A DNA stretch of 34,189 bases, taken from Methylococcaceae bacterium UBA1147 (GTDB lineage Bacteria > Pseudomonadota > Gammaproteobacteria > Methylococcales > UBA1147). The notes below the pieces were generated by a model. It did no database searches, was not told the origin of the DNA, and saw nothing but the letters and a program-made list of their open reading frames with translations. This document shows, one piece after another, positions 9,010 to 18,883 of this stretch. The stretch spans positions 23,147 to 57,335 of the forward strand of contig DBZZ01000068.1 in the NCBI GenBank assembly GCA_002311315.1, read 5' to 3'. Every line of letters starts with the position of its first letter. The first letter of the stretch is position 1. Made by a program: the position numbers and the translations under genes.

Positions 9010-10206
9010 ATGTCCAGAGACGAGATAATGTCACAGATCCATCGGGGCACCCAGGAGGTGATCAGCGACGAGGCACTCGAAAAGAAGCTTGACGAGAATC
9101 GTCCGCTTCGGATCAAGGCTGGCTTCGATCCTACTGCGCCTGACCTGCATCTTGGTCATACGGTTCTGATCAACAAACTGAAACAGTTCCAGGATCTGGG
9201 ACATGACGTGTTGTTCCTGATTGGAGACTTCACCGGCATGATCGGTGATCCCACGGGCAAGAACGTTACCCGCAAGCCACTATCCAGGGAACAGATCCTC
9301 GAGAACGCGTCGACCTACGAGGAGCAAATCTTCAAGATACTGGATCCAGACCGGACTTCGGTCAGATTTAACTCTGAGTGGATGAACGAATTGGGCACCG
9401 CCCGTCTGATCGAACTTGCGGCTCAGCATACCGTAGCGCGCATGCTGGAACGGGACGACTTCAGCAAGCGCTACAAGAGCGGCAAGCCGATTGCCATCCA
9501 CGAGTTCCTTTATCCGTTGATCCAGGGTTACGACTCCGTTGTACTGAAGGCAGATGTCGAACTGGGCGGTACGGACCAGAAGTTCAATCTTCTGGTGGGC
9601 CGCCAGCTGCAGCAGAACTACGGTCAGACACCCCAGGTGGTCATTACGATGCCAATTCTCGAGGGGCTGGACGGGGTACAGAAAATGTCCAAGTCGCTGG
9701 GTAACTGCATCGCGATTGCCGACCAGCCGGATGAAATGTTCGGGAAGATCATGTCCGTTTCGGACGAGTTGATGTGGCGCTATTTCGAATTGCTTAGCTT
9801 TCGGTCAATGGATGAAATCAACGGCTGGCGAACGGAATGCGAAGACGGGGCGAATCCCCGCGATTTCAAGTTTGACCTGGCGCAGGAAATTGTCGCGCGC
9901 TTCCACGGGCTTCAGTCTGCCCGCGGTGCCCTGGATTCGTTTCGCATGCGATTCCAAAAAGGCGCGATACCCAATGACCTTGAACTAAAAGCCCTTAGCG
10001 TTCCAGACGACGGATACCAGATTGCGAACCTGTTGAAAGATGCCGGCCTGACCTCCAGTACTTCTGAATCCTACCGGATGCTCAAGCAGGGCGGGGTTCG
10101 GATCGATGGCGAAAAGGTGATTGATTCGAAACTGCGCCTGACCGCGGGGACGACACAGGTCTACCAGGTTGGGAAAAGGAAGTTCGCCCGGGTGGAACTG
10201 GTCTGA
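9010..10206 (+). CDS. tyrS: Tyrosine--tRNA ligase (type 2, TyrZ-like)
   Basis: HLGH and KMSKS motifs plus a C-terminal S4-like domain. I prefer ATG 9010 (GAGGAAAAGC upstream) over the track start at 8980. Confidence 0.92.
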   Translation: MSRDEIMSQIHRGTQEVISDEALEKKLDENRPLRIKAGFDPTAPDLHLGHTVLINKLKQFQDLGHDVLFLIGDFTGMIGDPTGKNVTRKPLSREQILENASTYEEQIFKILDPDRTSVRFNSEWMNELGTARLIELAAQHTVARMLERDDFSKRYKSGKPIAIHEFLYPLIQGYDSVVLKADVELGGTDQKFNLLVGRQLQQNYGQTPQVVITMPILEGLDGVQKMSKSLGNCIAIADQPDEMFGKIMSVSDELMWRYFELLSFRSMDEINGWRTECEDGANPRDFKFDLAQEIVARFHGLQSARGALDSFRMRFQKGAIPNDLELKALSVPDDGYQIANLLKDAGLTSSTSESYRMLKQGGVRIDGEKVIDSKLRLTAGTTQVYQVGKRKFARVELV

Positions 10207-10256
10207 AGTGGACTGTAGTCAGCGGTGCCTGGTGGCTTTGCGGCCAACACATTTTT

Positions 10257-11078
10257 TCAGGTTCTCTGAAGGATGAGTTCAAGTACCATCTTGCTGCCAA
10301 AATAGGCCAGCATCAGAGAGACGAACCCCCCAACGGTCCATCGTGCGGCTGTCTGTCCTCGCCACCCGAAGGCCAGTCGTCCCACTAGCAGCACGGAAAA
10401 CAATATCCACGCCAGGATCGAGAGAATGGTCTTGTGGGCTAAGTGCTGTACGAACATGTCTTCCAGGAACAGGAAGCCGCTGGCTAGCGAAATAGTCAGT
10501 AGAACCAAGCCGGTAGCGATTAGCTGGAAAAGCAGGGATTCCATCGTTTGCATCGGGGGCAGGGAAAGAATCAGAGCGCTGCTGTCGTGCCGGTGAAGCT
10601 GCCTGTCCTGTAGGGCCAGGAACAGAGCTTGAATTGCCGCGATGTTCAAGATGCTGTAGCTGAGCATGGAGGAAAGGATGTGAACTTCCATGCCGGGGCT
10701 GATCTCCCGGATAAGGTGGGTTTGTTCGGGCAGCAGCAGCTTCAGGACCTGGATCAGGGCTGCGAGAGGAAATACAACGATCCCGAGTTTTTCCACTGGC
10801 TTGGTGAATGCTGATACCACCAATATGCCGACGATCAGCAGGATCGCCAGGGATACAGCGCTCATGAAGCCGAAGTTCATCCCCTGAGGATTCCAGAAAT
10901 CATCGACTAAGGATCCTGCGTGGAGGACGCTGGCGATTCCTGCCGACCATAGGAAAGCGATTGGATTTCGCGTGTTTCTGGTCGTATCCACCTGCGCGTT
11001 GAAGACCGAATAAAGGATTAGTCCGGTCGCGATCAGGTAGACCAGTATTGAAGATATGCCGAATGCGTTAGAATACAC
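10257..11078 (-). CDS. ypjD: Cytochrome c assembly (CcsA-family) inner membrane protein, YpjD-like
   Basis: 273-aa polytopic membrane protein, divergent from ffh as in enterobacterial ypjD. Confidence 0.7.
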   Translation of the reverse strand: MYSNAFGISSILVYLIATGLILYSVFNAQVDTTRNTRNPIAFLWSAGIASVLHAGSLVDDFWNPQGMNFGFMSAVSLAILLIVGILVVSAFTKPVEKLGIVVFPLAALIQVLKLLLPEQTHLIREISPGMEVHILSSMLSYSILNIAAIQALFLALQDRQLHRHDSSALILSLPPMQTMESLLFQLIATGLVLLTISLASGFLFLEDMFVQHLAHKTILSILAWILFSVLLVGRLAFGWRGQTAARWTVGGFVSLMLAYFGSKMVLELILQRT

Positions 11079-11238
11079 CAGTTAAGCTCTCCTCCGTACA
11101 ATAGTCTGGCATAATGCTCGGTCAAGTTGAAGAGCTTGTGCACGATTTTCCATTTTCCGGGAAACATTGGAGATAAAGTGGCCGAGATCGCCAATGCTTG
11201 ATCTTGGGTAGTATATTGTTGATTAATCCAGGTGGTGT

Positions 11239-12597
11239 ATGTTTGACAATCTCAGCGACCGATTAAATGAATCGCTAAAGAAGATTCGCGGCCAGGGGCG
11301 TCTGACCGAGGCGAATATAGAGGAAACGATGCGCGAAGTGCGCATGGCTCTGCTTGAGGCCGATGTGGCTTTGCCGGTTGTCCGTGATTTCATCGGTCAT
11401 GTCAAGACAAGGGGTCTTGGACAGGAGGTCCAGACTAGCCTGACGCCGGGTCAGGCCCTCATCAAGATCGTTCGCGACGAACTGGTTGCCCTGATGGGTG
11501 AAGCCAACCAGGGGCTCGACCTGTCCGTTACCCCGCCAGCGGTGATCCTGATGGCTGGACTGCAGGGGGCAGGGAAGACGACCACGGTAGCTAAACTGGG
11601 CCGGTGGCTGCGAGAAAGGCAGAAAAAAAAGGTCGGGGTTGTCAGTGTCGATGTCTACCGTCCAGCAGCGATCTTGCAGTTGCAGACGCTGGCGGCCGAG
11701 CAGGAACTTGAATTCATCGCCAGCGAGCCGGATCAGAGGCCGGTGGATATTGCAACGGCTGCGCTTGATCTTGCGCGCAAGAAACACCTTGATGTTCTGA
11801 TCATTGATACGGCTGGCCGACTGGCGATCGACGAAAAGATGATGGGAGAAATCCGGGCGCTTCATGCGGCGGTTGATCCGGTTGAGACTCTGTTTGTCGT
11901 TGACAGCATGACCGGGCAGGATGCTGCCAATACCGCAAAGGCCTTTAATGACGCGCTCCCCCTGACCGGTGTAGTGCTGACCAAGACCGACGGGGATTCC
12001 AGGGGCGGGGCAGCATTATCCGTTCGACATGTTACCGGAAAACCGATCAAGTTCATGGGTGTCGGCGAGAAGGCAGATGCCTTAGAACTGTTCCATCCGG
12101 ATCGGGTTGCTTCGAGAATCCTGGGCATGGGAGACATGCTGAGCCTGATCGAGGAAGTCGAAAGGAAGGTCGATCAGAAGAAGGCCGAGAAACTTGCCAA
12201 GAAGATCAAGAAGGGAAAGAGCTTCGACCTCGCAGATTTCAAGGATCAGATTGTTCAGATGAATAACATGGGGGGCGTCAAGTCAATGCTGGAAAAGCTG
12301 CCGGGGATGGGGAACGTGCCGCAGGCTGCCCGCGGACAGGTGGATGACAAGATGTTAGGTCGCCTGGTAGCGATCATCGACTCAATGACGCCCCGTGAGA
12401 GGCAGTTTCCGGCGACGCTGAATGGCTCGAGGAAACGTAGGATCGCGCAAGGATCCGGTACTCACATCCAGGACATTAACCGTTTGCTCAAGCAACACAA
12501 GCAGATGCAGAAGATGATGAAGAAATTCAACAAGGGCAACATGATGAACCTTGTTCGGGGAATCAAGGGCAACATGCCAGGAAGGATGCCGTTCTAG
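11239..12597 (+). CDS. ffh: Signal recognition particle protein Ffh
   Basis: GTPase motifs GLQGAGKTTT, DTAGR and TKTDGD. Methionine-rich C-terminal M domain. Confidence 0.97.
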   Translation: MFDNLSDRLNESLKKIRGQGRLTEANIEETMREVRMALLEADVALPVVRDFIGHVKTRGLGQEVQTSLTPGQALIKIVRDELVALMGEANQGLDLSVTPPAVILMAGLQGAGKTTTVAKLGRWLRERQKKKVGVVSVDVYRPAAILQLQTLAAEQELEFIASEPDQRPVDIATAALDLARKKHLDVLIIDTAGRLAIDEKMMGEIRALHAAVDPVETLFVVDSMTGQDAANTAKAFNDALPLTGVVLTKTDGDSRGGAALSVRHVTGKPIKFMGVGEKADALELFHPDRVASRILGMGDMLSLIEEVERKVDQKKAEKLAKKIKKGKSFDLADFKDQIVQMNNMGGVKSMLEKLPGMGNVPQAARGQVDDKMLGRLVAIIDSMTPRERQFPATLNGSRKRRIAQGSGTHIQDINRLLKQHKQMQKMMKKFNKGNMMNLVRGIKGNMPGRMPF

Positions 12598-12702
12598 GTG
12601 GCAGACCGTCGTTCGCCAGGAATATCTTTTACTTGGTCAAGACTTTCGAGTAAAATCGGATGGTTTTGGTAACTGAAAATTCGAATTAAAGAGGAATTAC
12701 TG

Positions 12703-12954
12703 ATGGTAACCATTCGATTGTCCCGGGGCGGGGCGAAAAAACGACCATTTTACCACTTGGTTGTTGCTGACAGCAGAAGCCGTCGTGATGGCCGCTACAT
12801 TGAACGAGTCGGTTTCTTCAATCCGATCGCAAAGGGTGGCGAAGAACGGCTGCGGCTGAACGATGACCGTATTGAATACTGGAGATCACACGGTGCCCAA
12901 TTGTCAGACCGTGTGGCCAGCTTGATCAAGCAATCCGGGAAAACCAGCGACTGA
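12703..12954 (+). CDS. rpsP: 30S ribosomal protein S16
   Basis: [34 protein letters not shown], with AAGAGGA upstream. Confidence 0.97.
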   Translation: MVTIRLSRGGAKKRPFYHLVVADSRSRRDGRYIERVGFFNPIAKGGEERLRLNDDRIEYWRSHGAQLSDRVASLIKQSGKTSD

Positions 12955-12964
12955 TTTTCCCGGG

Positions 12965-13483
12965 GTGGCGAATTCCGTGACAGCCAGTTCCCCGGTTCAG
13001 CTTGGCTACGTTTCTGGGGTCCATGGTCTTCAGGGGTGGGTTAAGGTGTTTTCGTACACCGAACCGCGGGACAATATGCTGACATACGCATCGTGGCTGG
13101 TTGGTTCCGATGGCCAGTTGCGAAAGTTTGAAGTCGAGAATAGCCGCTGGAACGGCAAGGTGATGGTTGCCAAGCTAGCCGGAATCCAGGATCGGGACGA
13201 GAGTGCAGAGCTTATCGGCCGGGGGATTTTTGTGGATCGGGTCGATTTGCCCGAACTAGAACACGATGAATTTTACTGGGCCGACCTGATTGGCCTGGAG
13301 GTTTTAACCGAAGATGGTGTTTGTCTCGGCAGGATTGAGCAACTGATGGAAACCGGTGCGAATGATGTCCTCGTGGTAAGAGGCGACCGGGAACGTCTGA
13401 TTCCGTTCGTTCTGCGGGAGGTTGTCAAGCAGGTTGATCTTGCTCAAGGGCGATTGATTGTTGACTGGATGCCCGATTTCTGA
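12965..13483 (+). CDS. rimM: Ribosome maturation factor RimM
   Basis: The GVHGLQGWVKVFSYTEP motif and its position between rpsP and trmD. The GTG start could instead be 12977. Confidence 0.9.
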   Translation: MANSVTASSPVQLGYVSGVHGLQGWVKVFSYTEPRDNMLTYASWLVGSDGQLRKFEVENSRWNGKVMVAKLAGIQDRDESAELIGRGIFVDRVDLPELEHDEFYWADLIGLEVLTEDGVCLGRIEQLMETGANDVLVVRGDRERLIPFVLREVVKQVDLAQGRLIVDWMPDF

Positions 13484-13488
13484 CGATC

Positions 13489-14241
13489 ATGCGATTTGAC
13501 ATTGTTACACTGTTCCCAGAAATGGTCGGTACAGCTGCGGGGTTCGGAGTAATCGGGAAGGCCATTGAGAACGGCATTGTTCGGCTGGGCCTGTGGAACC
13601 CGAGGGATTATTCATCCGATCCAAGGCGAACCGTGGACGATCGGCCCTACGGGGGTGGCCCAGGGATGGTCATGATGGTGCAGCCGTTGCGGGATGCGAT
13701 TAACGATGCTAAGGCAGCGGACGACAGACCGGTTCGGGTTGCCTGCTTGAGTCCCCAGGGGACTCGATTGCAGCAGTCCGACCTGGTCCGATTTGCAACG
13801 CGGGAACGGGTGATTCTCGTGGCAGGCCGTTACGAAGGAATCGATGAACGCCTGATCGAGGCGAATATCGACGAACAGTGGTCGCTGGGTGACTATGTAA
13901 TCAGTGGAGGCGAACTGGCGGCGCTGGTTTTGCTAGATGGTGTTGTGCGGTTGTTGCCAGGGGTTCTTGGTGATGATCAGTCGAGCCAGCAGGATTCCTT
14001 CATGCATGGCTTGCTGGACCACCCGCACTATACACGGCCGGATGTTGTCGAGGAGCAGGTTGTGCCGGAGGTGCTGAGAAACGGAAACCATGCAGAGATC
14101 AGACGCTGGCGTTTGAAGCAGGCATTGGGTAGGACATTCCTGCATCGGCCTGACCTGCTGGACGATCTCGAATTGAATGATGAGCAGAACGATCTGCTCA
14201 ACGAATTTATTGATGAAGTAAAGAAAATGAAGGGTAATTGA
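13489..14241 (+). CDS. trmD: tRNA (guanine37-N1)-methyltransferase
   Basis: [22 protein letters not shown] and [10 protein letters not shown] motifs. Confidence 0.96.
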   Translation: MRFDIVTLFPEMVGTAAGFGVIGKAIENGIVRLGLWNPRDYSSDPRRTVDDRPYGGGPGMVMMVQPLRDAINDAKAADDRPVRVACLSPQGTRLQQSDLVRFATRERVILVAGRYEGIDERLIEANIDEQWSLGDYVISGGELAALVLLDGVVRLLPGVLGDDQSSQQDSFMHGLLDHPHYTRPDVVEEQVVPEVLRNGNHAEIRRWRLKQALGRTFLHRPDLLDDLELNDEQNDLLNEFIDEVKKMKGN

Positions 14242-14243
14242 CA

Positions 14244-14588
14244 ATGAGCAATATTATTCAGGAACTGGAAAAGAGACAGACTAAGACCGACATCCCTGAA
14301 TTTGGCCCGGGTGATACTGTAGTGGTCCAGATCAAAGTTAAGGAAGGCACTCGTGAGCGTCTCCAGGCTTTTGAAGGTGTTGTGATCGGCAAACGCAACC
14401 GGGGTTTGAATTCCTCGTTCACGGTTCGCAAGATTTCCCATGGCGAAGGTGTTGAGCGTGTTTTCCAGACCCACAGCCCGATGGTTCAGGAGATCAAGGT
14501 CAAACGCCGCGGAGCGGTTCGACGGGCGAAGCTGTACTATCTGCGGGAACGTAGCGGGAAGGCAGCTCGAATCAAGGAAAAGCTTTAA
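14244..14588 (+). CDS. rplS: 50S ribosomal protein L19
   Basis: MSNIIQELE...[11 protein letters not shown]...[15 protein letters not shown] 14244 preferred over the TTG at 14238. Confidence 0.96.
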   Translation: MSNIIQELEKRQTKTDIPEFGPGDTVVVQIKVKEGTRERLQAFEGVVIGKRNRGLNSSFTVRKISHGEGVERVFQTHSPMVQEIKVKRRGAVRRAKLYYLRERSGKAARIKEKL

Positions 14589-14777
14589 TTGAATTCAGTT
14601 CCTGGAGATCCTCGATAGGGACCTTTTCGAATCCTCCAGTTGGGCTAGTCTGTCGCGTATCTTCAGTGAGGAGCCTTTGCATTCTCCGTCTCTGACGGAT
14701 TGTCTGGCTGCAGGTTGCATCGTCTGCCATGATTCGCTATCGAGTGGATTTGCTCCGGTTTGTAGTATCATCCTGCT

Positions 14778-15683
14778 GTGGCCAGTGAAACCGACAGAGA
14801 GCACTCAATCCGGTTGATCGAATCATTCCAGGACACGCTGTGGCTGGAAAACGGCCTCAGCCGCAACACCCTCAAGGCCTACGGTTCCGATCTGGTTCTT
14901 TTCTCAAACTGGCTGGCACCCAAATCGCTGTTGTCTGCCGGCAGAGAGGATGTTTCAAATTACCTTGCTGTAAAATTCCGCCAGGGCTGCAGCGCACGCT
15001 CAGGTGCCCGCTTGCTGTCTAGCTTGAAGCGGTTTTTTTCCTATCTGGTACAGAAGGGTATGCTGACAGCAAACCCGTGTTCCAAAATCGATTCTCCGCA
15101 CATCGGAAAACCTCTTCCTGTAACGCTGAGCGAAGGCGAGGTCGACCAGTTGCTCGCTGCTCCTAACGCATCTTCTGCCATCGGCTATAGGGATAGGACC
15201 ATGCTGGAACTTCTTTACGCGACCGGTTTGCGGGCAACTGAACTGGTTACGCTGAAGCTGGGGCAACTGAATTTTCGCGAGGGAGTGGTTCGAGTTGTCG
15301 GCAAGGGCAACAAGGATCGGTTGGTTCCGATCGGCGAAGAGGCCTTGTCATGGCTGGACAGTTACGTTCGCGAAATACGTCCGACGATTCTGGGGAGACG
15401 GACCGCCGAATACCTCTTTGTCACGAACCGGGCCTCAGGAATGACGCGCCAGGCTTTCTGGCATCGTATCAAGTTCTATGCGAATGCTGCCGGAATACAG
15501 AAGTTGCTTTCACCACACACTCTCCGGCATGCATTCGCTACTCATCTGCTGAATCACGGTGCCGATCTCAGGGTTGTCCAGCTACTGCTGGGACATAGCG
15601 ACCTTTCGACGACCCAGATTTACACTCACGTTGCACAGGAACGTCTCAAAGACTTGCACCAAAGGTTTCATCCAAGGGGATAA
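14778..15683 (+). CDS. xerD: Site-specific tyrosine recombinase XerD
   Basis: N-terminal FLDTLWLENGLSRNTLKAY-type motif. Catalytic region LSPHTLRHAFATHLL...GHSDLSTTQIYTHV. Confidence 0.9.
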   Translation: MASETDREHSIRLIESFQDTLWLENGLSRNTLKAYGSDLVLFSNWLAPKSLLSAGREDVSNYLAVKFRQGCSARSGARLLSSLKRFFSYLVQKGMLTANPCSKIDSPHIGKPLPVTLSEGEVDQLLAAPNASSAIGYRDRTMLELLYATGLRATELVTLKLGQLNFREGVVRVVGKGNKDRLVPIGEEALSWLDSYVREIRPTILGRRTAEYLFVTNRASGMTRQAFWHRIKFYANAAGIQKLLSPHTLRHAFATHLLNHGADLRVVQLLLGHSDLSTTQIYTHVAQERLKDLHQRFHPRG

Positions 15684-15687
15684 ATGC

Positions 15688-16458
15688 ATGACCACTATGA
15701 TCCATCCTACGGCGATCGTTGCATCGTCGGCCTCGATCGGATCGAATGTCCGGATCGGAGCTTACGCGGTCATCGATGACGCAGTGGAAATCGGTGATGA
15801 TTGCGTGATCGAGACTCATGCGGTGGTTTGTCCATTCGTGGTTATGGGGCCAGGAAACAAGGTGTGTCCGCATGCGGTGATCGGCGGATTGCCTCAGGAT
15901 ACCGGCTTCGATCCAGGCTCCCGGACAAATGTTCATATCGGCGCCAATAACGTGTTCAGAGAAGGGGTAACGGTGAATCGCGCTACGCAGGCGGGGTCTG
16001 CAACCCGGATCGGATCGGATTGTTATTTCATGAACAACAGTCACGTTGGGCACGACTGTTTGGTTGGTAACCATGCGGTGTTCGCCAGCGGAGTGGCGGT
16101 GGGTGGGTTTTCCGAGATTGGGGACCGTGCTTTCCTCGGTGGTGGAGCCATGATTCACCAGTTTTGCCGAGTCGGTGCACTGGTCATGGTTTCTGGTACG
16201 GTGGGTGTTCTGCAAGATGTGATTCCCTATACCATGGCTGGCGACAGCCCGGCGCGTCACTATCGCCTGAACGTGGTGGGCCTGAAACGCGCGGGGATTA
16301 CGGCGGAGCGGTACAAGATGCTTTCGGCTGCCTTTCTCCGGCTGCGCAACCGGGAGAGTCTCAAAGGGCTCGGAGATAGTCCCGAATTGAACCATCTGAG
16401 AGCTTGGTTAGCTGCCCCGAGTAAACGGGGAATTAGCTCTTTTCTCAACGCTTCTTGA
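15688..16458 (+). CDS. lpxA: Acyl-ACP--UDP-N-acetylglucosamine O-acyltransferase LpxA
   Basis: ATG 15688 with AAGGGGA upstream. Left-handed beta-helix hexapeptide repeats, the catalytic-His motif NNSHVGHDC and MIHQFCRVG. Confidence 0.9.
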   Translation: MTTMIHPTAIVASSASIGSNVRIGAYAVIDDAVEIGDDCVIETHAVVCPFVVMGPGNKVCPHAVIGGLPQDTGFDPGSRTNVHIGANNVFREGVTVNRATQAGSATRIGSDCYFMNNSHVGHDCLVGNHAVFASGVAVGGFSEIGDRAFLGGGAMIHQFCRVGALVMVSGTVGVLQDVIPYTMAGDSPARHYRLNVVGLKRAGITAERYKMLSAAFLRLRNRESLKGLGDSPELNHLRAWLAAPSKRGISSFLNAS

Positions 16459-16472
16459 TTCGGGTCCTATCG

Positions 16473-17405
16473 ATGGAAAAGATCAGAACTGCTGTTGTCG
16501 GTACGGGTTACCTTGGAAAGTTCCATGCGGAGAAATATTCGCGGCTTCCGGACTCGGAACTGGTTGCGGTGGTGGACATCGACGAAAGTGCTGCTCGTGA
16601 AGTCGCCGAACGATTCGATACGCAGTGGTACACTGATTATCGAGCCATTCTGAGTGACGTGGACGCCGTCAGCATCGTAGTTCCCACTCGGCTGCATCAC
16701 CTGGTGGCCCGTGATTTCCTGCGGGCTGGCGTGCACGTGCTGATTGAGAAACCGATGACGGTCACGGTGGAGGAGGCTGAAGAACTGATCGAGATTTCAC
16801 GCGAGCAAGGCCTTGTCCTGCAGATTGGGCATCTGGAGAGATTCAACGCGGCTTTGCTTGAGCTCGATTTTAGTCATGACAAGCCGCTGTTTATCGAATC
16901 CCATCGGCTGTCTCCGTTTAATCCACGGGCCAATGACGTGAGCGTAGTTCTTGACCTCATGATTCACGACATCGATATTATTCTGGATCTCGTCGATTCC
17001 GAGGTTGATCGAATTGACGCCAGCGGGACCGCTGTACTGACGGACGGGATTGATATCGCGAACGCACGTTTGGTGTTCAAGAGCGGCTGCGTGGCGAACG
17101 TGACGGCCAGTCGTGTCAGCATGAAGGTCGAACGGAAAATGCGCATGTTTCGGCCGCAGTCTTACGTTTCTGTCGATTTTCAGAATCGCACGCTGGTTTG
17201 TCATCGGACCGGGAATGGGGAAATGTATCCGGGAATCCCCGAGATACTGACCGAGCAGAAGCAATTCGAGAATAACGATGCGTTGCGCGAGGAAATTTGC
17301 CATTTCTTGGGGTGCATTCGTGATGGCAAGCAACCCTTGGTTTCCGGTGAAGCCGGAAAGCGGGCGCTAGCCACGGCCATTGAAATTTCCATGCTCCTTT
17401 CTTGA
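16473..17405 (+). CDS. Gfo/Idh/MocA family NAD-dependent oxidoreductase (GnnA candidate)
   Basis: MEKIRTAVVGTGYLGKFH Rossmann N-terminus and EKPM motif. It is wedged between lpxA and lpxB. Confidence 0.85.
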   Translation: MEKIRTAVVGTGYLGKFHAEKYSRLPDSELVAVVDIDESAAREVAERFDTQWYTDYRAILSDVDAVSIVVPTRLHHLVARDFLRAGVHVLIEKPMTVTVEEAEELIEISREQGLVLQIGHLERFNAALLELDFSHDKPLFIESHRLSPFNPRANDVSVVLDLMIHDIDIILDLVDSEVDRIDASGTAVLTDGIDIANARLVFKSGCVANVTASRVSMKVERKMRMFRPQSYVSVDFQNRTLVCHRTGNGEMYPGIPEILTEQKQFENNDALREEICHFLGCIRDGKQPLVSGEAGKRALATAIEISMLLS

Positions 17406-17454
17406 CGTGAAAGGAAGCCCCAGTCGGCGTCAAAGGGACAAAGGCACAGGCCTC

Positions 17455-18618
17455 ATGAACACGAGTCCGGCGATGGATGAGAACAATCCAAGGGTAATGA
17501 TCGTCGCCGGAGAGGCTTCCGGTGATCAGCACGCCGCGGACCTGTTTTTGGAACTGAAAAAAGAGTTTCCCGCGGTTACGGCCTTGGGAATGGGGGGTCG
17601 GAACATGCGGGACGCGGGGATCGACATTCGTTTCGATTCCACTGACATTGCGGTAATCGGTGTCGACGGCCTGTTCCGGAAATTGCCGAAAATCCGGCGG
17701 GCACTCGGGCTCATGCGGACTTTGGTCTGCGAAGAAAAACCGGACCTGCTGATCTGCGTCGACTACAAAGAATTTAATTTTAAGCTGGCTCGCCACGCTA
17801 AGTCGTGTGGCGTGAGAGTCCTGTTCTATGTCAGCCCACAAGTTTGGGCCTGGCGACCGGGCCGGGTCAAGAAATACGGCCGGGTCATTGACCACATGGC
17901 GGTCATTTTCCCCTTCGAAGTGCCTTTCTACCAGGAACACCAGGTCCCGGTAACCTTCGTCGGCCACCCGCTGGCGGACAAGGTGCGTCCATCGCTGGGC
18001 AAGGCAGAATCCATGGCCGGTATGGGACTTGACCCGGAAAGGCCGATTGTGGGCCTGTTACCCGGTAGTCGTGGAGCCGAGATCCGGCGTTTACTGCCAG
18101 TGATCGAGAAAGCGGTAACAGAACTGCGTAAAAAGATACCGGGTATCCAGTTCGTTGTTGTCCAGGCGTCGACGGTTACAGATTCCCAGATTGGAGAATT
18201 CCTCGATACCTGTGATTCGGATCTGATCGTTGTAAAAAAGAATATTTACGACGCCATCCAGTGTTGTGATGCGGTGGTCACTACTTCCGGGACCGCGACA
18301 CTGGAAGTTGCATTGCTCGGCATACCGATGGTGATCGTCTACAAGGTCGGGCCGCTGACGTATTGGCTCGGACGCCTGCTGGTACGGATATCGTTCATCG
18401 GTTTGCCAAACATCGTGGCCGGAAAACGCATCGTCGAGGAACTTGTACAGCATCGTGCTACGCCGGGGACAATCTGCCGGGAAATCCGGAAGATCCTTTC
18501 GGATGCCGCTTACGCGTCAGAAATCTCGGCAAACCTGCTCAAGGTCAGGGAAAAACTGGGCGAGGGGGGAGGCATGGAAAGGCTGGCGCAGGTTGCATTG
18601 CAGATGCTGAAGGTTTAA
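17455..18618 (+). CDS. lpxB: Lipid-A-disaccharide synthase LpxB
   Basis: The N-terminus RVMIVAGEASGDQHAADL matches the LpxB VAGExSGD motif. The start is uncertain: ATG 17455 is preferred, and GTG 17407 or the track start 17380 are possible. Confidence 0.9.
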   Translation: MNTSPAMDENNPRVMIVAGEASGDQHAADLFLELKKEFPAVTALGMGGRNMRDAGIDIRFDSTDIAVIGVDGLFRKLPKIRRALGLMRTLVCEEKPDLLICVDYKEFNFKLARHAKSCGVRVLFYVSPQVWAWRPGRVKKYGRVIDHMAVIFPFEVPFYQEHQVPVTFVGHPLADKVRPSLGKAESMAGMGLDPERPIVGLLPGSRGAEIRRLLPVIEKAVTELRKKIPGIQFVVVQASTVTDSQIGEFLDTCDSDLIVVKKNIYDAIQCCDAVVTTSGTATLEVALLGIPMVIVYKVGPLTYWLGRLLVRISFIGLPNIVAGKRIVEELVQHRATPGTICREIRKILSDAAYASEISANLLKVREKLGEGGGMERLAQVALQMLKV

Positions 18619-18883
18619 TGCGTCGCAAGGATTTTAGCCGGTTTCCTTGGTTTCGCAACGGACCAAAGGCCTGATGAACCTTCTCCCAAGTGGCTTTATG
18701 AGTTGTCCTCTTGCCTGACAGAGCAACTGTTGTTGGATCTTCATCGGTTGCCGTTTTCGATCAGTCCGAACTATGTGACAATAGATAGTTATTTCAGGCG
18801 TTCCCTGCAAGTGACCCGTTTCTTGCGCGATCTGGGGCGAGTGAACGATGAACCATTGACGTGAACAGACGAGGAATAAAGAG

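Noticed and set aside
14620-14645. TTCGAATCC string resembling a tRNA T-loop
   Set aside because: The flanking bases do not form a T-stem or an acceptor/anticodon cloverleaf. I found no tRNA anywhere in the window.
14595-14804. 69-aa minus-strand ORF between rplS and xerD
   Set aside because: It starts inside the xerD 5' end and has no SD and no motifs. It is likely spurious.
15646-16395. 249-aa minus-strand ORF
   Set aside because: It is antisense to lpxA. The sequence is H/R-rich with no domain signature.
17116-17967. 283-aa minus-strand ORF
   Set aside because: It is antisense to the oxidoreductase 3' end and the lpxB 5' half. It has no motifs, whereas the plus-strand genes are strongly supported.
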